Assembly: GCF_006345805.1 (NCBI RefSeq)
Contig: NC_042997.1
Location: 17,298,001-17,362,000 of the forward strand
Length of the DNA stretch: 64,000 nucleotides
DNA from: Octopus sinensis
Lineage: Eukaryota
Direction of reading: 5' to 3'
Shown here: in pieces, positions 52,193 to 64,000 of the stretch
How positions within the stretch are numbered: the stretch's first letter is position 1
Layout of the letters: each line of letters starts with the position of its first letter
Notes under the pieces: model-generated
What the model was told of the DNA's origin: nothing
What the model saw: only the letters and a program-made list of their open reading frames with translations
Databases searched by the model: none
Made by a program: the position numbers and the translations under genes

Positions 52193-55100
52193 ATGTATGA
52201 TGTGCAGAAGCATTCAGTTGTGTAGCACATCAATCAATGACTGACCTCTGTGTGGTGAAATGAATCCTAATGAAATGAGAAAAATGTTTAAATGGAAACA
52301 AAGAGAAATGTTATGACATCATTCTGATACTGTCATGGGAACTTGATCAGAAAGAATTCTTCCTGTAGAGCTGACAGTATAGAGACAATGACTGTAGCTG
52401 GCATTGACCCTTATTTTCTTCCCTCCCTTGTCCCTTACATTATCAGCCCCACCCCTGCCACTATCGGCAGCCACCTCTCACCCCTTCCCTATTCCCCAAC
52501 CAATGATCAAGAGGACTGCCAGCATCCATTGGAATTTGATTCGTGCTATTTGTATTGATTAATATAATATAAACATGCATACTTTTGCATGTCTATAATC
52601 TCATAAATATCAAATGGTGTTATATGTGTGTGTGTGTATTTACGCCTGTTTGTGTGTATGTACATACATATTTCCATGTGTGATCATGCACGTGTGTGTG
52701 TGTGTGTGCGCCTGTGCATGCATGTGTGTATGTGCATACCTGATGCTACACATAAACTGATATGTCATGTTTGCTGAATGCAAGGGTGTCTTTCTGCATG
52801 CATTTGTGCATGTTCACGTGTGTGTGGTTTTGCATGACATCACACATACACTGATATGATAAATCAATATTTGTGTATGTGAAAGAATGTACACACACAC
52901 ACACACATACACACACACAAGTGTGTGTGTGTGTGTCTATGTGTGTATAAAACCATTCACATACAACCACATACATATATTGATTTAGCATACAAGTGTG
53001 TATGTTTAGATGCTACTGCACAGTTTTGGTTTGCCATGTACACATACAATGTTTATATATGTATATGACACAATGCATACTCCCTTGTATGTCATATGTA
53101 TAAAGTGTAAGTATATGTAAATCAATGTATACTTCTATTCAATATTTTACTCATACATACCTTTGCATGACATAGACACATAATGTCTGGATATTACGTG
53201 ACACCACACTCTGAAGTGTACACATGTATGCATATATGTGAGAAAGAGAGATTAAAGGATGAGTCTACATGAAGGTATTCATACTCCCCTTTGCTGCATA
53301 TATAGATATATAACATACATGCATATATGTGGCATGAAAGCCAGTGTAAATGTTTTGGGGGATGTGTGTTAATATATATATATATGTGTGTGTGTGTGTG
53401 CATGTGTCTGTGCATATGCATTCTCACACACACACACACCACAAGCACATATAAATATCAAAGCCATGGATGTATGCACAAATAATACACACAGCACCCA
53501 TCACAAACACTTGTAAACATATATGTACAGCTGATGTATTGGGCCATTGTTGGAATGCAGGGTGACAGAACATTCTGGTGTGTCATCCATAAATTATGTC
53601 GTAGTTTGTTGTTCATGAATCACATCTGCTGGAGGAGGGGTTCTTAAACTTGACCCCTCACAACTAAAACATGGACAGCTCCAACACTGTTGGGAAATTC
53701 TATTCACAAAAAAAGGTCAACTAACAAAGCGAATATGTCTGCACCTCCAAACAAAAGAGAGAATATAAAAAGTGAAACACCACAAAAAACAAGACAAAAC
53801 AAAAAGTGAATGGGAATATAATATGGTGTATGGTAAAAAAAAAAGCCTAATGGCTGAAAGCAGCAAAAGAGTAAATATAAGGATGAATCTCCTATTCCTA
53901 AGCTGTAAAGAATATTAGCATTTATTCAGAAACCTTTTTGCTTTCAATGAACAAAGTGTTCTGTAAATAGTATTCTTGAAATATTAGGTTAGTTGAGTTG
54001 GTGAGGAATGCAGAGCATGACAAAAAAGAAAATGTATGGCAATATTTAGTTCCAACCTTCCTGATTCTAAAGTCAAGTAAGTATTTCTAATACTGATATA
54101 AGGTTGACAATTTTTTCAGAAGTAAAGGTTTACTTAACAAACTCAATTCCAGTATATGCCGGGGTTTCAGTTTTGTGGGAACTCAAATGCCAGAGAAAGA
54201 AAATTTAAATACTGTAAGTTTGCTTTATTGATAATGCTAAGCTACTGCATACAAGTGATAAAAGAATTTGAATTGGAATAATTTTTGTCTTATAATTGTA
54301 TAAAAATTCATTAAAAAAATTGGTATAGTCATGGCAGTGCGGCACAGAAGTTTGTTTACAAATGCATGATTTCAGGTTTGATGTCATGATTTGGTACTTT
54401 CTACCATTGCTTGATTGAAAGCCATTTAAATGGATTGTTCTTGTTCACGGCTGGTTGACATAATCTGTTACCCAGTTTAACATCACCATCTGCCCATTTA
54501 TTAGAATCCACTCTGTTGCAAGAATTCAGATCAGGTCTTAGGTCTGATGATAAATTCCTCCCATTCTCTCACTAGTTTTGTAGGAAGGAAAATATCAAAA
54601 AATGCCAAGAATATTAGAGCCATTGCAAAAATAGGCTTCATGCTAGGCAAAAATCATCTATTTTTATTTTAACTGTTCTTTGATAGTGATGAACATAACT
54701 GAAGAACTCTATAGAAAATATCTATTCTACTTACTTAGGTACCTCATTGGTTTGATATTAAACCTTTCTGAGATTGACTTTTCAGAAAACAAAATTCATA
54801 AAATAAGAACTAAAATATACAAGGTTCATTTCAAAATGACTACATCCTTCCAAGAGTGTTTCTGGCTATGTGAACATGTAATAGCTAACTAACTGAAAGG
54901 CCAACAGTTTATGTCCTGTCACCACAGTCACCACAGGATATCCCTAGCAAAGGCAACTAACTTTCAAACGAATAATATAAAACCCAGAATTCAAGATAAA
55001 GGATGATGTCCTGCATTAGTAGTAAGTTCATAGGTGAATTCATAGAAGAGTTTGATAAGTTTGATTGCAGTATGAAGTTAAGAATCTAATGGTTTGAACT

Positions 55101-55844
55101 CTTACTCTCAATCTGAAAGAGAGGAAGGGAGAGAAAGTTGTGCTACAGCTTTGGTTGTGGTCCAGCTGCCTGAACTACAACCAAAATGTTGCAGTATAGT
55201 AGAACTGACCAGTTATTCCTTAGATTTTAGTGCTGCATTCAGTTGCTTCTTTGGAGAAAAATGGGATGTCCTGAAGGGGTTTATGGATACAGATGTATAT
55301 TTCTTTTTTAGTGTTCTATATATTCATCTCTTAGGAATATTCATGTTGGGCCTAGCCCCTCCCCCTCTACACACAAATGCAACCAATCAGAATGAGTAAA
55401 AGTCCTTAAGTGCAAGATTTGTGCTTTACTGGCTCCTGTCCAACCCATACCAGCATGGAAAACGGACGTTAAATGATGATGATGATGATGATGATTAGAG
55501 ATACTTAAATTCTCATAATAATTTAATATTGCTTTTGTTTTTTAAAAGTTTCTTCTCTCTTTTGAAGATGGTTTTCTTGGCAACATGGTTTGAGTTCTCT
55601 ATTCGTCTGGAAAGGGTTAAAACTCTATATTTTAATAGTTACACTATTATTCTTTTGTTTTAAAAACTACCTCATCATCCTCATCCTTGCTACTGACAAT
55701 ATGTTGAAATATTATTCATTTCAATAAATAGAGTCAATCTCTGTTTATTACAAATTGTATCATGCTCTTCTTAGTGCTTATTTACTGAGGGTTACATCGA
55801 TCTTCATACATTGTTATCTATTATTGTTATTATAATCATTATTA

Positions 55845-56735
55845 AGGCAGAATTGCTAGCCTATCTTTATGTTTTGAGTTCAAATTCTGCTGAGGTTGAC
55901 TTTACCTTTCATGGTTGATGAAATGAGTACCAGTTGAGCACTGCAATCAATGAAATTGACTAACCCCTTACCCCATAATTTCAGGCCTTGTACCTATAGG
56001 AGAAAGAATTATTATTATTGTTGTTGTTGTTGTGAGCTGGTAAAATTGTTAGCATGTTGGACAAAATGCTTACCAGCATTTTTATGTTGCGTTTGAATAC
56101 TGCTGAGGTCAACTTTGTCTTTCAGCCTTTGATGTTAATAAAACATAGTACCAGCTAAGTATTTGTGTCAATATAATTGACTAACACTCTCTCCATAATA
56201 TTGTTGGTCTTGTGGCCTTGTGCCAAAATTTAAAACAATTTTTATCATTGTTGCTGTTAAGCAAATAGATTGGGAGATTTAGTATTTGTTCTGTCTCTTT
56301 ACATAACCGTTGGACAATATACCCAGCATTATTTATTCTGGTTCTTTATGTTTGGAGTTCAAGTCTCACTGAGATCAATTTTGATTTTCATACCTCCATG
56401 GTTGATAAAACGAAATACTAGTCATGTTATAGAAGTATAATAAACTGTTATCTACCCCTTAAATTCATGGGTTGTATTTTTGTAAGAGATTATTATTATT
56501 ATCATTGTTGTTAATGTGGTGGGCTGGCAGAATCATTAGCATGCAGGACAAAATATTTATCTGCATTTTGTTCTTTATGTTCTAAGTTCAAATTCCATCA
56601 AGGCTGACTTTGACTTTTATCCTTTTGGGGTTGATAAAATATGTACTAGTCAACTACTGAGATCAGTGTAATCAACTTCCCCTCCCCTCAAAAATTGCTG
56701 CCCTGTGCCAAAATTTGGGACCAATACTATTATTG
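55845..56735 (+). mobile_element. Head-to-tail array of four SINE copies (same family as 34730-35975)
   Basis: Repeated gcagaat..tagc..gagttcaaatt..ttgataaaa..gtac.ag..ggccttgtg with (att)n/(gtt)n spacers. Confidence 0.7.
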
Positions 56736-57424
56736 TCATGAAAATGTATTTTACAACTAGTTGTTTTGATTAAATAAAATAAAAATATTAAATAAATATT
56801 CTTTATGAAATTCTGATATAAAAATTTTTTTTCATAAATATATGTTCATAAAGTATTAAATTAGAAGCAGTGCATCATATTCACATTTATACTTAAATTA
56901 TATATTATTCAATTTCAGTTGATCATCTAATCATTTCATAAATATCTTCCTTAGCTTCTTACTGGAAAATGAAAATAAAACAAACAAACAAAGCAATAAG
57001 GATAAAAAAATAAATTGAATTTTGATCCACTTGGAATTCTATGGGAGGAAATGATGATGTCAAAAGAGTTCCTTTAAATTACATTCTCCCTTGGGGAGGA
57101 TTAGTTTTCACCTGAGAGAATTTTTTCATGTAAAAATAGAAAATTAAGTTTCTTTGAATTGATTTTTATTCCATCAACAAGTATGAATCAATATGTTATT
57201 TCATTATTCATTGCTGTAACATTTTATCCACAAAGCTCAAGAGCTCAATTTTTAATGCTCAACATGAGAAATAATCATTTTACTGTTAGCTTTTAAAGTT
57301 CTGCAAGAACTTATAATGCAGCCCATCTATTCTCTCACTACCAACTACTGTAAAGATGATGATGATGATGATGTGTTTTTATTTAGGCTAATCCTAGATA
57401 GAAATAATAGTTGAAATTAGATGC

Positions 57425-57895
57425 AAGCTGGCAGAATCATTAGCACACAGGGCAAAATGCTGAGTGGCATTTTGTTTGTCCTTACATTCTGAATTCAAAT
57501 TCTGCAAAGCCCTACTTTGCCTTTCATTTTTTCAGGGTTGATAGAATAAGTACCAGTCAAGCACTGAGGTTGATGAAATTGACTAGCCCCCTACTCCTAA
57601 AGTTTCAGGCCTTGTGCCTTTAGTAGAAAAGATTATCATCATTAATATTCATTTATTTATTTATTTCTGTTATAAAAATAACAAGCTGGCAGAATTGTTG
57701 GCATGTTGGACAAAATGCATAGTGATACTTCTTCCAGATTTTTATGTTCTGAGTTCAAATCCCTCTGAAGTTAACTTTACCTTTTATCTCTACAGTATCA
57801 AAAAATGAAATACCTGACAAGAGCTGGAGTTGAAATAATCAGCTAACCTCTTTCTCCTAAAATTACTAGTCTTGTCCAAAAATTTGGAACAATCT
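57425..57895 (+). mobile_element. Two further head-to-tail copies of the same SINE
   Basis: Starts at about 57425 and 57685 (agctggcagaat..). Confidence 0.7.
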
Positions 57896-58544
57896 TCATC
57901 ATAGTCGTTATCATCATTGTCGTCATCATCATCATTATTAGTTTTAGTTTTGTAATAAAATTAATAACTGTTACAGCAGTAACACTTATGTGTTATTGAA
58001 GAAGTCTTGTATCCCATTCCTGACAATAACATCTGTTAATTCATTCCATTCCTTCCTTTAAGTGCAATTCAGCCTTTAGGGTAAAAGCAGATTTTAAACC
58101 AAAATATGAAGACACTATCAATTGTCACATCTAAACAAGGATTATATAAGGATATATATTATTGCTAAAGACTGATATGACATAAAACTCTCTGAATGCT
58201 GAATCTGATCCACTTTAGATTCCTTGTTAAATTGAAACATTATTCTTACATCAATAATGTTGACAGGAAAGGTATGAACATCATAACATTCTATTTCCAT
58301 CATCTATAAATGACTCAGATATTTTTACATATGTAAAAAATAGCAGCTATGTATGCTGCTACTACACATATATATGTTATGTAAGTTTGATGAAAAATAA
58401 AAGCAACATGATTTTTCTTCTTTTAAGACATTATTTGCACTTGTTTAGCAAGTGTTGGGATTAAAGCAATTGCACCATGGCAGAAGCTTTGTCAGAATTA
58501 AAAATACATTTATTGTTATATTCTCTTTCACTTTATCATTAACT

Positions 58545-58545
58545 T

Positions 58546-58576
<31 letters not shown>

Positions 58577-58620
58577 CAGTAATAATAATGACGACGATGA
58601 CAATAATAATAATGATGATG

Positions 58621-58660
<40 letters not shown>
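58545..58660. repeat. (AAT)n compound microsatellite
   Basis: Directly visible. Confidence 0.95.
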
Positions 58661-58661
<1 letters not shown>

Positions 58662-59036
58662 TGGTTCTAATTTCAGGGGGTACAAGGCAAGTTACAAGTG
58701 CTCATCCAGCCATGGTTACCATGTCAAAATTGAAATGTACAAGTGAAACTTGGTCCTCTGATCTAGCTACAAGGAAGTAACCCTCAAAAAGGATCTAACT
58801 TGGACCATAACAACAAGTCTATGCCAGCATGGAAAGTTGGTGTATGATGATGATGAGAAGTTAGGTTCTAAGTCCTTTGCTGCATATTTGCAACCTGGTT
58901 AGTGAGATCTTCAAAAATGTTAAAAAGATGAAGTTAATGATGAAAAGAAAAATTATTGATTAAGGGTTAAATTTCAGTCCCAAGTAACTTGATCACCTAA
59001 TCTGTAACTAATATTACCAACCAAAACAGAACTTAC

Positions 59037-59134
59037 AAATTCAGCAATATGAAAGCTTGTATAAATGCTTCAGCCATCATGTTCATATCGTTCAGTATGA
59101 TATGAATATGATGGTAGAAACAGTTGCATGTTTT
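59037..59134 (-). CDS. Candidate 98-nt exon (phase 0-2)
   Basis: tcttctaatcctactag / KTCNCFYHHIHIILNDMNMMAEAFIQAFILLN / gtaagt. Confidence 0.15.
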
Positions 59135-59465
59135 CTAGTAGGATTAGAAGATTTAAACAGTGGATACTGTTTAAGATGAAAGGGAATTAACCTTACTAGC
59201 AAGGTTACAACTTGTCAGATTAACGCATCTTAGAAGTATCAGCAATTACCTTTCAAAGCAATTATCGTGTTACAAGATAAATATTATAGATGAACTATCA
59301 TTCCTCACTAGCAGAGAAAAAGAATCAGTTACTATAATCCATGTTAATCTCTTGATGCTACAAGTTCTTTGCTTTCTTTAAGAACATAAATCTCTCTCTT
59401 TCCCACTCTCTCATATTCTCTCTCTTTTTTCACTCTCTCTTTCTCTCACATACACACTGACAGAC

Positions 59466-59500
<35 letters not shown>

Positions 59501-60317
59501 CATGCACACATACATACACACACACAAAATGAATTTGTTTATTTCAGTTAGCATACCTTTTAAACAACCAGAATGTTTCTTCATCCATAAGTAGCTTACT
59601 AGAAGAAAACATCATGTTGGACTATACAATAAGTTAAGAAGCAAGGATAGACAGGTAGAGAGATGGTAGAACATAACTTATCGTAGGAAGAGTATTAAAG
59701 CAGTTAGGTAAAGCTTAGACCAGAATTTGGTTTGTTACTGGTAGCAAAGAGATTATTTTGATAGCTACTACTGGCTTTGGGAAGTTCTAATAATACAAGA
59801 GAAAAATAAGGGGGTTCAAAATTGACATAATCTTTTCTATAATTGATAAAGCTACAGAATCAATGGTTACAACAATCTAAATGGAAATAAATATGTTGAA
59901 AAAATAATGCATTGGAAAGATGAGTGTTAATTTAACATATCAAAATGAAAAGCATTGGAGCAGAAACAGATATCCAATAAATGGTGAAATATATTGTTGC
60001 TAAAATATAGTTAATATCAAAATTGAATTACTTTTAATGAATCCTTGTATATTCCAAATGTTTATTTAGCGCTGATATGAGAATCCACATGGCTGTTGAT
60101 TAACTTCAGTATTTTTCGGAAGCATTAAACAGATGATATGTATATAAATTTCCCATTTGAATAAAATTATAGATTTTCATATGTAATTTTTCCCCCAAAC
60201 CATGTTACCTTTTACTTGAATGACATCTAGATAAATTGAGGTATACAGAATTAAGTGTCCTATCATAAAATTCAATGGTTATATCTGTAATGGATCAGAA
60301 TTCATGATTCATGATAC

Positions 60318-60376
60318 CTTATTACCCAGGCCATTTCGCTCGTACATTGGAATATATTTAGATACAAAAAAAGACA
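60318..60376 (-). CDS. Candidate 59-nt exon (phase 1-0)
   Basis: ccactttttttccaag / SFFVSKYIPMYERNGLGNK / gtatca. Confidence 0.17.
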
Positions 60377-60959
60377 CTTGGAAAAAAAGTGGTTCTGTTA
60401 TTGTTTTCTTTTTTACTACTTTTTTAATCTGTCCTTGTTACTTCTGCCTAAATATGTATTTACATGAGTTATTACATAATGTACTTCAACAGTACTAAAC
60501 ATAATTTATTGAAGAAGGCTCAACAGAGAAATAGAAGCCAAATCTCCCTCAGTAATCACATACTGTTTTCTTGAATCATTCATTAGATAATGTCATCCCT
60601 AAGATAATTAGGACCAGAACGTTTTTGATCATAGTTTTATTTCATCAAAACTGGCCTTGGGTTAAGCAACAAATGCAACACTAAACATCTTTGTAAAGGA
60701 CAACCATAAAAAAAATTAAAGGAAGTTTTACAGCAAAATATTCTTACACAAAGAGAATATTGCCTTACCCTTAGATTATAATGAAATGATATTGGCAAGG
60801 TTTAAATTAAAACTCTCTGTCTCGCATCAAAGCACTTGGATTTAATCTTTGGAATGAAGTATGAGTGGTGTGTTGTATGCTTGAGAGACATGTGTAAGTA
60901 TGCACTTTGTGCACCTCTCTGGGTATGTGGATGTGTGCATGCACAGTTTTGATTGTTTG

Positions 60960-61210
60960 GACACATGTTTTGACACATGTTTGTACACAGGCATCATACA
61001 GTCTACCTTTCACTCTGAGGAAGAGGTCTTTTTTGCTAACAAGGGTAGTAGCTATCTGAACTTCACCCAACCTATTCTTATTCTAGTAGCTATGCTTTTA
61101 GAACAACTTACCTCACTACTAACTTGGTCACCTAAGTAACAAAAACTGTCTACTGTCTACTTACCTCACTACTAACTTGGTCACCTAAGTAACAAAAACT
61201 GTCTACTGTT
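60960..61210 (-). mobile_element. Decayed RTE LINE internal fragment with a 53-bp tandem duplication
   Basis: FCYLGDQVSSE..SIATRIRIGWVKFR*LLPLL..[frameshift]..LRVKGRLYDACV matches RTE reverse-transcriptase C-terminal motifs. The FCYLGDQ block is duplicated. Confidence 0.7.
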
Positions 61211-61299
61211 TTCAAGGATCTTCCATTTGAGAGAGTCTATTTTTGTACATTCCTGGTCTTTAATGTACCTGCACATCTGCCACATGTAAAGACTATTTT

Positions 61300-62790
61300 C
61301 TCAGTTAGTCTTCCAGTGATACCACTGCACCTGGCTGTTTCTATCAACCAAATTCACTGACAAGACTTTGGTGGCCTGAGGCCATAGTAGAAGGCACTTG
61401 CCTTCTACTATGCACTGAATTTGGAAGAGTTTAGTTAAAAAAATCAGCCTTAGTACATATTTTAAGTCTTGTACTAATTCTATCACTTTCTTTTTTGTTG
61501 ATCCAGTTAGTTACAGAGGCACAGACAAAAGAACACTGGTTGCCAAGTAATGTAGAGACAAATACAAGCACACACATACATATATACACCTTTTACTTGT
61601 TTCATTCATTAGACTGCATTCATATTGGAGCATTATCTTTAAGTATTTAGTCAAACAAATCAACTTTATTATTTATTTTTTTAAGTCTAGTATTTATTAA
61701 TACTTTATTCTATTGTTCTTTTTTATTGAACCACTAAGTTATTGGGAAGTTATCAAACCAACACCAGTTTTCAAGTGGTGGTGGGGAAAACATAAAGACA
61801 CATACATGATGGGCTTCTAAGTCTTGGGTCACTCCATAGCTATCATAGAAGACACATGCTCAAGGTGCAACATAGTAGAACAATCTAGAACATAGGTTCT
61901 CAAAGTGGGCGCAACTGTCCCTCCCCCCGTGGGCATTGAGAGGGTCCAGGTGGGTACTGGTGTCTATGGGGGCGGTGCAAGAGGGAGGTAGAGAAAATGG
62001 AGGCATTGGGAGGATGGCAGTAGATTGGGGGATACTATGAATTTATAATATTATTATAGTATTGTATACAAATTATATAATATTATATTAAATATCAACT
62101 GATTCATAGTATATATAAATTAGTAAAATATAAAATATTTATTTATACATAAAAATAGGGTGGGGGCGCTGAGGACATTATGTGACCATGCAGGGGGCCC
62201 AAAAAGTTTGAGAACCTCTGATCTAGAACCATGTGTTTAGGAAGCATACTTCTTCCCATACACCACTATATCTTTTATTTTACTTGTTTAAGTCATTGGA
62301 CTGCAGACATGCGGGAGGACTGCCTTGAAGGTTAATTCAAACAAATTAACTCCTGTACTTATTTTTAAGCATGGACTTATTCTATTGGATCTCTTTTTGC
62401 TGAACTGCTAAGTTAAGGGAAAGTAAATAGACCATCACCAGTTTTCAAGTGGTGTTGGGGTACAAAGACACACACACACACACACACCATACAAACACAC
62501 ACACACACATACACACACACATGACAGGCTTCTTTCAGTTTCTGACTACCAAATCCACTCACAAAGCTTTGATTAGCTCAAGGCTATCATAGAAGACCCA
62601 GGTGTCATGTGGTGGAACCTTGTGGTTTGGAAGCAAATTTCTTACCACACACACACATAAACATGGGCTTCTACAAAGTTTCTCTTTACCAGATTAAGTT
62701 ACATGGGGTATAGTAGAAGACAATTGCCAGGGTGTTACACAGTTTGACAGAACCTGATACCATGTGGCTGCAAAGAAAACTACTTAACCA
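61300..62790 (-). mobile_element. Dense cluster of CORE-type SINE copies and fragments
   Basis: Repeated reverse-strand blocks ttttacttgttt.a.tcatt.gactgc, ctaagtt, gggcttct, atagaagac, ccatgtgg. Confidence 0.7.
61891..62220. mobile_element. hAT (Buster/Charlie-like) MITE inserted in a SINE
   Basis: TIRs cataggttctcaaa / tttgagaacctctg with perfect TSD atctagaa (61883-61890, 62221-62228). SINE sequence resumes on both sides. Confidence 0.9.
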
Positions 62791-63038
62791 TGTAGCTATG
62801 ATGTAAAAATAAATGACAAACATACATACATGTGTGTGTGTGTTTGTGTATTAGACATTCACACACATGAATGTACAAATGTTAAATAAAAAAAACTACT
62901 TGATACACATGGCAGAATTAATTGAATCCTCTGGAGCTGAGATGTCACTCCATCATGATTCTAAGCATTCTAACTAGTGATGGAGTGAAGCCGCAAATTT
63001 GAATGAACACAGGCATGCATACACACTCACACATACAT

Positions 63039-63077
<39 letters not shown>

Positions 63078-63747
63078 CCACACACACAGATAAAGTGACA
63101 CACTAATATTGTATATACAGACACATGTAATATTGTTTGTTTATTTGAAACTGATAATAATTACACTTGGTATCGTATATGTTTTATTCACAAGATATCA
63201 GAATCTTAATATTATTTTATCATTTCCTTAAGAAAATATCAAGTGATTGAGTGTACACTAAAACATAACCAAAATGGAATAAGAAAAAAAAGAAGCAATA
63301 CAAAATATACAGTTTTCTTTCTCTTTTTTTTTCAATATTTTGTTATTGTATTCTAATGCTTTGATTGTCTTTGAGCATTAAGTGAAAAATAAATTAGAGA
63401 GAGAATGAGGAAAAGGAGAGAGAGAGAGAGAGAGAGAGTGAGAAAAAGAAAAGAAACTGTGCAACAGAAATATATTTGGAGGATGAAAAGAAATAACAAA
63501 AACCCAGAAATAATAGAAAAACCAAAAGTAAACTGGAAATAAGAAAGCTGTAAGCAAGTAACAAGTAACAAAATTAGCCAAAACAAAAATGTAAGGTAAG
63601 AGGTTGAAAAAAATGTAGGAAGACTCATTGGAATAAACAGATAGAATAAATGTCTTGTTGTTTACCAATAACAACTTCATATTGCCTTGTGTACAACTTT
63701 TGGTACAAGACTTTGTGAGGGTGTCTTGACTATGTCTTCTAGCTTAC

Positions 63748-63841
63748 ATGGGTATATTTCCTTTATGGACTCAGCCGTGATTGATTGTATAATATCTTTC
63801 ACAAGAGAGAAATGTTGCTCTGAAGAGTTTGTAAAACGTTT
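63748..63841 (-). CDS. Candidate 94-nt exon (phase 0-1), unidentified
   Basis: ttttatcattcattcttctaaatatatccagtag / KRFTNSSEQHFSLVKDIIQSITAESIKEIYP / gtaagc. Confidence 0.22.
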
Positions 63842-64000
63842 CTACTGGATATATTTAGAAGAATGAATGATAAAAGCTATGAAATACATAAATTTGACTG
63901 AAATACTCACTATTTTTCCTTCTGACACACATGCAAATTATTTTTATTGTATTTTGTGAACACTAGTATTGCTGGTAAAAGATTTACTATGGAAAAAATC

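Noticed and set aside
53560-55400. Several protein-like short frames (e.g. CEGSSLRTPPPADVIHEQQTTT*, DLRPDLNSCNRVDSNKWADGDVKLG, and the 101-aa ORF at 55094)
   Set aside because: No recognisable family, frequent stops and no consistent splice chain.

Overview
Very AT-rich animal nuclear DNA, intronic or intergenic in character. The SINE/LINE families resemble those I recall from Octopus, so a cephalopod origin is my inference. The window is dominated by microsatellites, three or four tRNA-derived SINE families, decayed LINE fragments (RTE, R4/Dong-like, CR1/L2-like), four hAT-type MITEs, five unrelated foldback elements and a 971-bp tandem duplication. I could not name any host protein-coding gene. 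Several short exon-like segments, mostly on the minus strand, are listed at low confidence. Almost all ORFs in the supplied track come from microsatellites or repeats. The standout is a 370-bp foldback element (17422-17791) with two 168-nt arms. These arms close exactly on a type I hammerhead ribozyme core with the palindromic stem III typical of Penelope-type minimal hammerheads. The inner arms show strand-specific G-U compensation, which suggests selection on RNA structure. All alignments and translations were done by eye, and repeat boundaries are approximate.
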